Shown piece by piece: positions 38,068-52,862 of a stretch of 64,000 nucleotides of DNA. This stretch comes from Eledone cirrhosa (Eukaryota), in contig OZ024757.1 of NCBI GenBank assembly GCA_964016885.1, positions 21,142,001 through 21,206,000 of the forward strand, read 5' to 3'. The stretch's first letter is position 1. Every line of letters begins with the position of its first letter. The notes below the pieces were generated by a model, which did not search any database, was not told where the DNA came from, and worked only from the letters and a program-made list of their open reading frames with translations. A program made the position numbers and the translations under genes.

Positions 38068-38542
38068 TAGAAAAAGAGATGAAATCGAAAATGCAACTGG
38101 AGTCTTATTTTTTTTTAAAATATATATATTTATTTGGTTCCTTTACCGGTTTCGCAGTTCTTCTGCTTTTCAAAAGGTGAGTTGAGATGGAGGGTCTGTG
38201 GTTTTTCTCACATCTGTGAGAATAACCACAGACCTTTTGAAAAGCAGAAGAACTGCGAAACCGGTAAAGGAACCAAATAAATATATATATTTTAAAAAAA
38301 AATAAGACTCCAGTTGAGTTGAGATGGAGGGTCTGTGGTTTTTCTCACATCTGTGAGAAAAACCACAGACCTTTTGAAAAGCAGAAGAACTGCGAAACCG
38401 GTAAAGGAACCAAATAAATATATTTTAAAAAAAAATAAGACTCCAGTTGCATTTTCGATTTCATCTCTTTTTCTTTATACTTTCACTCGTGTAGGACACC
38501 TCGGTTATTTTTCATTTTGTAAAAAAAACCTCACTTTCTAAT
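38068..38542. mobile_element. Fold-back plus tandem element with three variant hammerhead motifs (family 3)
   Basis: CCTT-TTGAAAA-GCAG AAGAA CTGC-GAAA-CCGG-TA-AAGG at 38233-38270 (+), 38370-38407 (+) and 38140-38177 (-). Confidence 0.6.
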
Positions 38543-38698
38543 ATATATATATATAACAAGAATATATGTCATGTCTCAGGTGTATAAATAGTTTTTGCCA
38601 GATATCTATATTTGAAATTTTTGTTAAATTTCAATAATGCTACATTTTGTAACCATGTGTTCTTTTATTCTTCACAAATTATCTCCTGTTCATGTTTG

Positions 38699-39244
<546 letters not shown>

Positions 39245-39594
39245 AACACCTGCAACTCTGATGGTATCCAATGATGTTGACTTGTTCTTCTTTTTGGTAA
39301 ATATCATCTTGGTCAAGAGAGTGGGACTGGCTTTGTGCAGTGCCTTTGCTCACTATAAAAGCTTCACGGCACAGGCATTGCTTTATATCTGGAGATCTCT
39401 CTGCACTTGTCGTCACATGGTACCATGGGCCCAGCACTATGTGTCAATAATTGTCACAAGTGTAGTGTTTGTACCAGAGTTTTCAAGTCGCTGGCTGGAC
39501 TAAAAAGTCACACTCGTTCAGCGCATCGGTAGGGGTTCTCCTACATGGATATATAAAATAGTGGCCATACTTGAAAACGAGTTGGCAGCCACCA
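39245..39594. mobile_element. Second, inverted copy of the unclassified repeat at 27935
   Basis: Reverse-complement similarity. Confidence 0.7.
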
Positions 39595-40115
39595 TATATA
39601 TATGCATATATATATATGCATACATATATATATATGCATACATATATATATATATGCATATATATATATATATATACATATATGTATGTATATATGTGTG
39701 TATATATATATAATGTATATGTGTGTGTGTATATACGTACATATGTATGTAATACGTATGTATGTGTGTGTGTTTGTATCTTTATATGTATGTACATATG
39801 TATGTGTGTATGTGTATGTACGTATGTATACATGTATGTGTGAGTGTATTTTTTTGTCTATGCATGCATATATGTGTGTGTGTGTGTATGTACATATGTA
39901 TATTGTATAGAATGAAGCAAATTACATGGAGATAGAGAGAGACGGGAGAGGGGGAGAGAGAGGGGGGGAGAGATAGAGGGGGAGGAGAGAGAGAGTATGA
40001 GGTATAGTATGGATAATGCAAGCATTTGGAATAAGAAGAGATGTGTTTATCTCAAGCCTGCTAACCTTTTAGATGTTTACAGGGAAAAATGCTGTTTTCT
40101 ATTATGTAACATTAA

Positions 40116-40408
40116 CCCTTTAGTATTTACATTACTCTATATATACTATTGTATTTTCATGGTAAAGGCTTTACCTCACATAATATCTCACATACCATTT
40201 ACATTACTCTATATATACTATTGTATTTTCATGGTAAAGGCTTTACCTCACATAATATCTCACATACCATTTACATTACTCTATATATACTATTGTATTT
40301 TCATGGTAAAGGCTTTACCTCACATAATATCTCACATACCATTTACATTACTCTATATATACTATTGTATTTTCATGGTAAAGGCTTTACCTCAATTAAT
40401 ATCTCACA
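40116..40408 (+). mobile_element. Truncated piggyBac-like MITE with ~4 72-bp units
   Basis: Left end TTAA|CCCTTTAGTATTTA; right end missing. Confidence 0.7.
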
Positions 40409-41630
40409 TTGGCAGTATCGGTAGAGGGTCGGACACCATGCTAGGGTGGTGGATTGGCAGTATCGGTAGAGGGTCGGACACCATGCTAGGGTGGTGGATT
40501 GGCAGTATCGGTAGAGGGTCGGACACCATGCTAGGGTGGTGGATTGGCAGTATCGGTGGAGGGTCAGACGCCATGCTAGGGTGGTGGATTGGCAGTATCG
40601 GTGGAGGGTCAGACGCCATGCTAGGGTGGTGGATTGGCAGGATCGGTAGAGGGTCGGATGCCATGCTAGGGAGGTGGATTGGCAGTATCGGCAGAGGGTC
40701 AGACGCCATGCTAGGGCGGTGGATTGGCAGTATCGGTAGAGGGTCGGACACCATGCTAGGGTGGTGGATTGGTAGTATCGGTAGAGGGTCGGACGCCATG
40801 CTAGGGTGGTGGATTGGCAGTATCGGTAGAGGGTCGGACGCCATGCTAGGGCGGTGGATTGGCAGTATTGGTAGAGGGTCGGACACCATGCTAGGGAGGT
40901 GAATTGGTAGTATCGGTAGAGGGTTGGACGCCATGCTAGGGTGGTAGATTGGCAGTATCGGTAGAGGGTCGGACGCCATGCTAGGGAGGTGGGTTAGCAG
41001 TATCGGTAGAGGGTTGGACACCATGCTAGGGCGGTGGATTGGCAGTATCGGTAGAGGGTTGGACACCATGCTAGGGTGGTGGATTGGCAGTATCGGTAGA
41101 GGGTCGGACGCCATGCTAGGGTGGTGGATTGGCAGTATCGGTAGAGGGTCGGACGCCATGCTAGGGCGGTGGATTGGCAGTATTGGTAGAGGGTCGGACA
41201 CCATGCTAGGGAGGTGAATTGGTAGTATCGGTAGAGGGTTGGACGCCATGCTAGGGTGGTAGATTGGCAGTATCGGTAGAGGGTCGGACGCCATGCTAGG
41301 GAGGTGGGTTAGCAGTATCGGTAGAGGGTTGGACACCATGCTAGGGTGGTGGATTGGCAGTATCGGTAGAGGGTTGGACACCATGCTAGGGCGGTGGATT
41401 GGCAGTATCGGTAGAGGGTTGGACACCATGCTAGGGCGGTGGATTGGCAGTATCGGTAGAGGGTCGGACACCATGCTAGGGCGGTGGATTGGCAGTATCG
41501 GTAGAGGGTCGGACACCATGCTAGGGCGGTGGATTGGCAGTATCGGTAGAGGGTCGGACACCATGCTAGGGCGGTGGATTGGCAGTATCGGTAGAGGGTC
41601 GGACGCCATGCTAGGGTGGTGGATTGGCAG
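40409..41630. repeat. 45-bp satellite (~27 copies) derived from the SINE family B head
   Basis: Unit GGG(C/T)GGTGGATTGGCAGTATCGGTAGAGGGTCGGAC(A/G)CCATGCTA matches the start of family B. Confidence 0.95.
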
Positions 41631-41864
41631 AAGCGGCAAAAGCTTAAAACCGCAACTATTTCCATTGTACAAAACTGTTTTTAACTATAAACCTACCATT
41701 ATAATTTTATGTAAAAACCGTTATGTTCTAAACACCAGTGTATACAGGGTGTCCTAACAAAAGAGCCACACCCTTTATTGCACCACATGTTCTGATAGTG
41801 GTGAAAAATGAACAATATTTTCTTCATTCCTTTACAGTTATAATTACTACTAACATTTTTATTT

Positions 41865-41976
41865 TCAAATCCCGCCGAGGTTGACTTTGCCTTTCACCCT
41901 TACGGGGTCGATAAAATAAAGTATCAGTAATACACTGGGGTAATTGCTGGCCTTGTGCCAAAAGTAGAAACAATTA
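41865..41976 (+). mobile_element. Deu/Nin-type SINE 3' part
   Basis: Family B sequence. Confidence 0.8.
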
Positions 41977-42034
41977 TATTAATTATTTTTTTCTTTGAAG
42001 AACAAGGTAATGTAGGCTTTGAGGAAAATTGGGT

Positions 42035-42620
42035 TGTGTGTGTGTGTATGTCACTGTGTGTGTAGTTGTGTGTGTATGTCACTGTGTGTGTGTGTAGTTG
42101 TGTATGTGTGTATGTCACTGTGTGTGTGTGTAGTTGTGTGTGTGTAGTTGTGTGTGTTTATGTCACTGTGTGTGTGTGTAGTTGTGTGTGTTTATGTCAC
42201 TGTGTGTGTGTGTAGTTGTGTGTGTTTATGTCACTGTGTGTGTGTGTATGTCACTGTGTGTGTGTGTGTGTGTCACTGTGTGTATATCACTGTGTGCGTA
42301 TCACTCTGTGCGTGTCACTGTGTGTGTGTGTCACTGTGTGCGTATCACTGTGTGTGTGTGTGTATGTCACTGTGTGTGTGTGTGTATGTCTCTGTGTGTG
42401 TATATCACTGTATGTGTGTGTGTATGTATGTATGTATGTCACTGTGTGTGTGTGACTGTACATGTGTGACTGTACATTGTGTATGTATGTCACTGAGTGT
42501 GTATGTGTTGTTATTGCTGCTGCTGTTTGTTTTACTGCTGCTGTTGCTGTTTGGTATTTTATGTTGCGGCTCGAACTGTTGTTGTTGCTGTTGCTCTGGT
42601 TGTCGTTGTTGTTGTTGTTG
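42035..42620. repeat. (TG)n-based minisatellite with GTCAC interruptions, then (GTT/GCT)n
   Basis: Direct reading. Confidence 0.9.
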
Positions 42621-43065
42621 ACACTGAAAATTAGTAGCAGCAATACTGAGAGTCTAACCCTGTGAAGGACTGGCATCTTATCCAGGGGGAAGTATTGTAC
42701 CCTCAGATGCCAAAGAAACCAGGATAAGCACTGCACTGACTCGATGAAATCTTGAGCTTGAAATAAACTTTAGATTTTTGAAAATAGTAAATACCAAGAA
42801 GAAATAGAAGAGAGAAGAGAAACAAGAAGAACGCTTGTGTTAGTGAATGACTGAAGTGAAACAAGATTGAGACAAAGAGACTAGATAGCATCTATTCTGA
42901 AAGACTTTGTGACAGTTTCAGTGGATTTAAATCATGTTTTATCTCCAGCATCTTCACACTTATTTACCAATAACATAACCACAACTAAACAGGAAAACAA
43001 ATGAAATACAAGCAACTACTTCCAAGACGTTTTACAATATTTTATATGTTTTTATATGTATATAG

Positions 43066-43110
<45 letters not shown>

Positions 43111-43115
<5 letters not shown>

Positions 43116-43565
43116 GTTTCTACTTTTGGCACAAGGCCAGCAATTACCCGGTGCATTACTGGTACTTTATTTTATCAACCCCGTAAGGATGAAAGGCAAA
43201 GTTAACCTCGGCGGGATTTGAACTCAGAAATATATATATATATATATATAATGTGTTGTTTCCTTGAGCAAGACACTTTATTTCACATTGTTCCAGTTTA
43301 CTCAGCTGTAGTAGAAATGAGATGATACGGACTGGGGTCCCTATCATTCCACTGCAAAGTGGTCGTGGATGTGCCATGGCGAAAAAGCACCCAGCCCACA
43401 CTGTAAAGTGGTCGTGGAGGTGCCACGGAAAAAAAGCACCCAGCACTCACTGTAAATGAGGTTGGTGTTAGAAAGGGCATCCAGCTGTAGAAATCAAGCC
43501 AGAATCAGTTCCTGTCCCACCCTTGCAAGCAGGGAAAAGCGGACGTAAAATGATGATGATGATCA
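43111..43565. mobile_element. Family B fragment (-) followed by a 5'-truncated family A SINE (+) with an internal duplication
   Basis: Family sequences; the AAAGTGGTCGTGGA..GCACCCAGC unit occurs twice. Confidence 0.8.
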
Positions 43566-43781
43566 TCATCATCATATACACACACACACACATAAATATA
43601 CAAATATAATTGCAATATTTGCAACAGATAAAGTGAAAAACAGATAGAAGGAATCGATGAACAAAAGACAAGATTGGTAAAAAGACAACACAAATTGTTA
43701 TTGTGTGTATATATATATATGTGTGTGTGTGTGTGTATATATATGTGTGTGTGTGTGTGTGTATATATATGTGTGTGTGTG

Positions 43782-44380
<599 letters not shown>

Positions 44381-44504
44381 AATATATATATAATAATGTT
44401 TAATATGTAATATTGCTTCTCTGAGTGATATCTTATCTGTATATTTTATCCATTCATTGAGATGTCTAAGTATTAGAGACAAATAACCTTTAATTAATTT
44501 ATAT

Positions 44505-45017
44505 CTATATTGGCATTAAGGAGGGCATCCAGCCATAGAAACCAAGGCCAGAAACAGTTCTGTGTGAGCAAGACACGATCAGCTGACCCAACTTGCCTCA
44601 AAGGGACAACCCATCTAACCCATGCTAGCGTGGAAAAATGGACGTTAAACAATGATGATGAAGATATATATATATATATGGAGGCACATGGCTTAATGGT
44701 TAGAGCATTGGCTTTGCAATCGAAAGGTTGTGAGTTCAATTCTCAGACCAGGTGATGTGTTGTTTCCTTGAGCAAGACACTTTATTTCACATTGCTCCAG
44801 TTTACTCAGCTGTAGAAATGAGATGATAGAGACTGGGGTCCCTATCATTCCACTGCAAAGTGGATGTGGAGGCGCCACGGAAAAAACCACCCAGCACTCA
44901 CTGTAAATGAGGTTGGTGTTAGGAAGGGTATCCAGCTGTAGAAATCAAGCCAGAATATCAGTTCTCGTCCCACCCTTGCAAGCAGGGAAAAGCGGACGTA
45001 AAATGATGATGATGATG
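44505..45017 (+). mobile_element. Type 2 tail fragment followed by a full-length CORE-type SINE (44680-45017)
   Basis: Family sequences. Confidence 0.85.
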
Positions 45018-45044
45018 ATATAAAGAAACATACATATAATATTA

Positions 45045-45135
<91 letters not shown>

Positions 45136-46200
45136 CTATGTACTATACATGCACCTTTGACAAGTTGTAGTGCACCTGAGCACTTTACACAATAATTTCA
45201 TTATTATTATTATTATTAAATATATATATATATTTATTAAAATAACAGATTAAAGTTTAAGCAAAGAATCGCTGCTTTCACCCTTAACGGGATCTTTGAT
45301 AAAATAAAGTACCAGTAATATACTGGGTATTTGCTCTACGGTTCTTATATATCTGATATATATTTAGCCCTATCGAGCCCTCTTTGGATTTTAGTCTTCA
45401 TGTTTATTATTACTACTATATATATATATATGGCCTTGTGTCTAAAGTAGAAACAATTACTATATATATATATATATATATATATAGTTCCTGTATGAGC
45501 AAGGCATGGTCAGCCGACCAGACACTGCCCACAACAGGACAACCCGTCTAACCCATGCTAGCCTGGAAGAACGGACGTAAAACGGTGATGATGATGATGA
45601 TGATATATATATGCAAAAAGTAAACAGAAATAACAACACAAATGGCATATATATATACAGATACATACCCATGCTAGCGAGGAAAATATGGACGTTAAAC
45701 GATGATGATGATATATATATAAATATATGTATGTGTGTGTGTGTATATCTATATATATATATATGTGTGTGTGTGTATATCTATATATATAGGTATTTGG
45801 TGCATATTTTGTCTTCTACAACATTTGGTCAACTATCCTCTAATGAGGTTCATTTTCGTATCTTTAGCTTCACTATTATTCCAAGAAATAAAAATAAAAA
45901 AGAAATGGAATATTCTAGAAAAATCTAAGATGGAATGTTCTTGTATTAAGTCAATACAGTTTTGAAGTTTTATTAAAAGAAATGTTTTTTCCTTGTGAAC
46001 TACTAGCGGAAAGTCAGCTTTAATGAAGAATTTTATATTGAATTCAAACATGAGATTATAAACGAGAACTAGATTTAATTAACCCTTTCATTACCATATT
46101 TCAAATGGAAGATATTGTCTATGTGTTTCAATTAGTTTTGAAAATGTCTAAAATTAAAACTTGTTCTATGCATGGAGACTTCTTTCAATCTAAGCTTTAA

Positions 46201-47261
46201 CCCTTTAGTATTCACATTACTCTATATATACTACTATATTTTCATGGTAAAGGCTTTACCTCACATAATATCTCACATAACATTTACATTACTCTTATAT
46301 ATACTATTATATTTTCAAGGTAAAGGCTTTACCTCACATAATATCTCACATAATATTTACAATACTCTATATATACTATTATATTTCCATGGTAAAGGCT
46401 TTACCTCACATAATATCTCACATAACATTCACATTACTCTATAGATACTATTATATTTTCATGGTAAAGGCTTTACCTCACATAATATCTCACATAACAT
46501 TCACATTACTCTATATATACTATTATATTTTCATGGTAAAGGCTTTACCTCACATAATATCTCACATAACATTTACATTACTCTTATATATACTATTATA
46601 TTTTCAAGGTAAAGGCTTTACCTCACATAATATCTCACATAATATTTACAATACTCTATATATACTATTATATTTTCATGGTAAAGGCTTTACCTCACAT
46701 AATATCTCACATAACATTCACATTACTCTATAGATACTATTATATTTTCATGGTAAAGGCTTTACCTCACATAATATCTCTCATAACATTTACATTACTC
46801 TATATATACTATTATATGTTCATGGTAAAGGCTTTACCTCACATAATATCTCACATAACATTTACATTACTCGATATATACTATTATATTTTCATGGTAA
46901 AGGCTTTACCTCACATAATATCTCACATAACATTCACATTACTCTATATATACTTTTATATTTTCATGGTAAAGGCTTTACCTCACATAATATCTCACAT
47001 AACATTTACATTACTCTATATATACTATTATATTTTCATGGTAAAGGCTTTACCTCACATAACATTCACATTACTCTATATATACTATTATATTTTCATG
47101 GTAAAGGCTTTACCTCACATAATATCGAATCTATGAGATTTTGAAAGTATTTATTTTGAGAACAATACCTTAACATCAGTTTGAGTGACCAGTTACAGCC
47201 AGTTTCAACAGAAAGAGGTAGAGAATTCTGACCGGTTTTGGCCGGTTTGAACACCAAAGGG
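46201..47261 (+). mobile_element. piggyBac-like MITE with a ~13-unit internal 72-bp satellite
   Basis: TTAA TSDs at 46197-46200 and 47262-47265; TIRs CCCTTTAGTATTCA and CCCTTTGGTGTTCA. Confidence 0.85.
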
Positions 47262-47689
47262 TTAAATGGTTCTCTTCCTGCTTGCTCCCATAATTCCCAG
47301 AGTTCCATAGGCTTTGCTAAGGGAACAAGTTATGAACACTCAGCTATCAACCTATACTGGCATGCACCTGGTCGCACACTCCTCCCTGCAATAGTCCTCC
47401 ACCAACTTTCAATCCTTTGCCATCTCTCCTCTTACCTCCATCGCAAGTAACATTTAGCTCCACTATTATAATTTATTATGCCAATGTCAACTTTACCTTT
47501 CCCGCTTACAGGGTCAATAAAATAGAGTACCAGTAATGTACTGAGGTTGATATAACCAACATTCCACCTCTGCTGACCTTCTGCCTAAATTAGAAACCAA
47601 TATTTCTAATGTTCACATTACCAGCGCTGCTCTTCCTTCCTTCCTTCTTTCTTTCCTTCCTTCCTTTATTTCTTTTCTTTTTTACTGTC

Positions 47690-47990
47690 ATTTCCTTCCC
47701 CTCTCTCTCCTTACCCCCCTCTCTTCCTATCATTTACAACCCCTCGCTCTCTCTCTCCTTACCCCCTCCCTTCCTATCATTTACACCCCCTCCCTCTCTC
47801 TCTCCTTACCCCCCATTCCTATGACCCCTCCCCCTCCCTCTCTCTCCTTACCCCCATTCCTATGATCCACACCCTCCCTCTCTCTCCTTACCCCCCATTC
47901 CTCTGATCCACACACCCCTCTCTCTCCTTACCCCCATTCATATTACGCCCCTCCCTCTCTCTCCTTACCCCCCTCCCTATGATCCACCAC
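47690..47990. repeat. C/T-rich degenerate minisatellite with core CTCTCTCTCCTTACCCCC
   Basis: Direct reading. Confidence 0.85.
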
Positions 47991-48077
47991 CACCACCCTC
48001 TATAACTCTGCAACAACTAACACCTGGCATTAGTTAATGGTTACTAGGCCAAAGCTATATTTCACTGTTGCCTGTTA

Positions 48078-49640
48078 GACTGACACACACACACACACAC
48101 ACTGACACACACACTGACACACACACTGACACACTGACACACACACAGACACACACACTGACACACACACTGACACACACACACACACAGACCCACACAG
48201 ACACACACACAGACACACTGACACACACACTGACACACAGACACACACACTGACACACAGACACACACACTGACACACTGACACACACACACACACAGAC
48301 ACACACACTGACACACAGACACACACACTGACACACTGACACACACACTGACACACACACAGACACACTGACACACACTGACACACACACACACTGACAC
48401 ACACACAGACACACACACTGACACACACACAGACCCACACACTGACACACTGACACACACACACACTGACACACACACACACTGACACACACACACACTG
48501 ACACACACACACAGACCCACACACACACACACAGACACACACACTGACACACACACTGACACACACACAGACACACACACTGACACACACACTGACACAC
48601 TGACACACACACTGACACACACACTGACACACACACAGACACACACACTGACACACACACTGACACACACACAGACCCACACAGACACACACACTGACAC
48701 ACACACACAGACCCACACAGACACACACACTGACACACACACAGACACACACACACAGACACACACACTGACACACACAGACACACACACTGACACACAG
48801 ACACACACACTGACACACACAGACCCACACAGACACACACACTGACACACACACAGACACACACACAGACACACACACTGACACACACACAGACACACAC
48901 ACTGACACACACAGACACACATTGACACACACACACAGACACACACACTGACACACAGACCCACACAGGTACACACACTGACACACACACTGACACACAC
49001 ACACACTGACACACACATTGACACACTGACACACACAGACACATACACACAGACCCACACAGACACACACTGACACACACATTGACACAGACACACACAC
49101 TGACACACTGACACACACACAGACAGACACACACACAGACCCACACAGACTGACACACAGACCCACACAGACACACACACACAGACACACACAGAGACCC
49201 ACACAGACACACACACACACACTCACACACACATACTGGCACACTGACACACACACACAGACCCACACACATACACACGAGCCATGTATCACACACACAG
49301 ACATGGCACAAGTCGTGCACCACAGACACACACACAACTCCACCACCACTACCACCACCACATGCAAGCCATGGGCCACAGACAACCCCACTCCCACCAC
49401 TCTACCCCACACGAACCACACGCTGTGTGCCGTGCCACACACATACACAACCCCACCAACACCACCACCGCCACATGGGCCACAAACATCCCCAAGCCAA
49501 CCCACGCCTCACACACGATCCACACGCTGTGTGCCACACGCACACACAACTCCACCACCACCACCACACGCAAGCCACGTGCCACAAACACACCACCCCC
49601 ACAAGAATCATAGGCTGTACACCACACACACACACACCAG
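48078..49640. repeat. (CA)n-based minisatellite with CTG/AG interruptions, degenerating at the 3' side
   Basis: Direct reading. Confidence 0.92.
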
Positions 49641-49679
49641 CTACACCACCACCACACAAGTTATGTGCCACACATACAA

Positions 49680-50228
49680 GGATTTCAGAGATGGTAGGGA
49701 GAAGAACTTAGAATGAAAAAGACCAGGGATTTCAGAGAGGGTAGGGAGAAGAACTTAGTATGAAAAAGATTAAGGTTTAACCATGAAGACCAGGGATTTC
49801 ACAGATAGTAGGGAGAAGAACTTGGTATGAAAAAGATTAAGGTTTAACCATGAAGACCAGGGATTTCAGAGATAGTAGGGGGAAGAACTTGGTATGAAAA
49901 AGATTAAGGTTTAACCATGAAGACCAGGGATTTCAGAGATAGTAGGGGGAAGAACTTGGTATGAAAAAGATTAAGGTTTAACCATGAAGACCAGGGATTT
50001 CAGAGATAGTAGGGGGAAGAACTTGGTATGAAAAAGATTAAGGTTTAACCATAAAGACCAGGGATTTCAGAGATAGTAGGGGGAAGAACTTGGTATGAAA
50101 AAGATTAAGGTTTAACCATAAAGACCAGGGATTTCAGAGATAGTAGGGGGAAGAACTTGGTATGAAAAAGATTAAGGTTTAACCATGAAGACCAGGGATT
50201 TCAGAGATAGTAGGGAGAAGAACTTAGG
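49680..50228. repeat. 67-bp minisatellite, ~8 copies
   Basis: GACCAGGGATTTCAGAGATAGTAGGGGGAAGAACTTGGTATGAAAAAGATTAAGGTTTAACCATGAA. Confidence 0.95.
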
Positions 50229-51804
50229 ATTCCAGGCTAGAAATCTACAAGAAATAGTTTTAAAGAAATAGATATAATGGGTTGGCTATTAGAACCTCAC
50301 AACAGAAGATAAAAGCTTTGAAAGTCTTTTAATGGAAGTAGGTATTATGGGGGAGGGGTGGGGCTCACACGTACCTTTCCTGTTAATAGTTATTTATTCT
50401 CTATATTCAGGTGATATTGGACAATAGAGAATGGCAAGATGGCTTTTATTGCTGCATGTATGTTTTTATTGGTTTCCATTATTTCATGCACACACACAAA
50501 CACACAGACATACACACACATGTGCAAATACCAACACATACCACATACATTCATATAAACACAGCTCTAGGAATTAATCTAAATTTATAGGATGATTATT
50601 TGAAAATATGAAGAAGTACCAAAGTCTTATTTCAGTTTCACTCTTTTACTACCAATTTAGCCAAAAGCCAGCTCTGGTTCGATGGAGCAAAACCAGTAAA
50701 TTTAAGGGTTTCCTGTTTAAATTGAAATTTTCCAATATCATTTGATCACCACCATATGTTAAGTTACTAAGTTAGTAATGAAATAATTATAAGCAGAAGG
50801 GATATTCAATTTCTTCGTAATTCAACAAATATAAATGTTTATAACTGATTCAGAGCACTCAACAGCTTTTCTGGAGTATAATATTCGATGCTATTAAATG
50901 TTATTAAATGTTATTTAATAACATTGAATAATGAAATAATTAGTAATTTTAATAAAAGCCTCAAAATTCTTCATTAACACTTTATATACCAACCCACTCT
51001 AAGCAGGCTCTAGTTCCATGAAACAAAATCACCCATTTGGAAGAGTTCTTTTTTAAATTAAAATCTTCCAACATTCAGTTGATATAAGAACCCTACATTA
51101 AGTTACTATCCTAGTAATGCAATTAATAACTTTTATAAATCCCTCAAAATTCTTCATTAATTAATTGAAATAGAGTATATTTCATTAGAAATACAGTTAC
51201 AAGGGTATTAATTCTGGTCAGATTTCTGAAAGGGATTTCAGAAGATAAGCCCTAAGTTTCTGCCAGAATTAGGGAGCAATAAGTTTAGTATCATATATTG
51301 AATTTATTGAATTGTGGAGTGGGATAATGTAAGAGGAAGGCAGGGAGATGAAAGGTGAGGTTTGTTTGTGTGTAAGTAAACCCACACACAGAGGATGGTA
51401 CTACTTTACCAGTGATGTAGTAACACACCAGCAGAACTACTTCACATAATTGTATGACTATCTGATGATGTGTCACATGAGGCTTGTTAATGATGTAAAC
51501 ATTGCATGCTTACTAAACACCATGGCGTTGAAATATGTATTATGCGATAAAACAATTATATAAATGTAACTCTCACTTAACATTATTTCATCCCACTTAG
51601 TCACCACCATATTGCTGGTGATATACTACTGACATGGACAGAGAAAGAGAAAGACAAAAACAGATTAATAGAGAAAGAGAGAGAAGGATGTGACAGACAT
51701 GTCAACATTCCAGATGACAATTCATTATGGAAGTAAATTGTTAATACAATAAAATGTAGAATGAGGTAAATGGCTAATGTTGTTAGGTAGAGAGCGGTTT
51801 CTAT

Positions 51805-52160
51805 ATACTGGTTTGATTTAGGCACAAGGCCAGCAATTTGGGGAGAGGAGGAGGAAGTCCATTATATTGATCCCAGTATAGTTCTGGTACTTTATTTTAT
51901 TGACCCCATAAGGATGAAAAGCAAAGCAAAGCTAACCTCAACATAAAGGGCACAAAGCATCTTGTCTGGCACTCTACCGATTCTATTGCCAATCCACCAA
52001 CCTTATAATAATGGTTTCTGATTTAGCCACATGGTCAACAAGTTTGGGGAAGGGAAAGTCGATTGAATGAACCCCAGTGTGCTAAAGGTACTATTTTATC
52101 GACCCCTGTAAGATTGAGGGATGTAACGATATGTCACAAAGCATGATATCCAACACTATA
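51805..52160 (-). mobile_element. Old diverged Deu/Nin-type SINE copies
   Basis: GGCACAAGGCCAGCAA..GGTACTTTATTTTATTGACCCC..GGATGAAAAGC. Confidence 0.65.
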
Positions 52161-52332
52161 TTGACACTATAGATAGGAAATGCTGTGTGTATGTTTGTGT
52201 AAATTTTAAAGAGTTATAGACAGATATATGTGTGTATGTATATATATAACGATAAATTAACGGAGGCATAGGCCCTCGCTATTCCCTGTAAATAATGTGC
52301 TCAAAGGAGAAGAAATCCTGAGCTCTTTAAAA

Positions 52333-52669
52333 TACAATATGTTGAAAAGGTAACACACCAGAGAGAGATATACAGTGCATTATCAATAAAACAAGGGAAA
52401 AAAACCACCAGTGTATGGAATCTATAAGTTATAGATTCCATACACTGGTGGGTTTTTCCCCTGTTTTATTGGTAGCGCACTGTATATCTCTCTCTGGTGT
52501 GTTACCTTTTCAACATAGTGTGTGTGTGTGTGTGTGTGGTGTGGTGTGGTGTGGTGTGGTGTGGTGTGGTGTGGTGTGGTGTGGTGTGGTGTGGTGTGGT
52601 GTGGTGTGGTGTGGTGTGGTGTGGTGTGGTGTGGTGTGGTGTGGTGTGGTGTGGTGTGGTGTGTGTGTG

Positions 52670-52701
<32 letters not shown>

Positions 52702-52862
52702 TGTGTGTAGATATACAGTGCGCTATCAATAAAATGGGGAAAAAAACCACCAGTGTATGGAATCTATAACCTATAGATTCCATACACTGGTGGGTTTTTT
52801 CCCTGTTTTATTGATAGCGCACTGTATATCTCTCTCTGGTGTGTTACCTTTTCAACATATTG

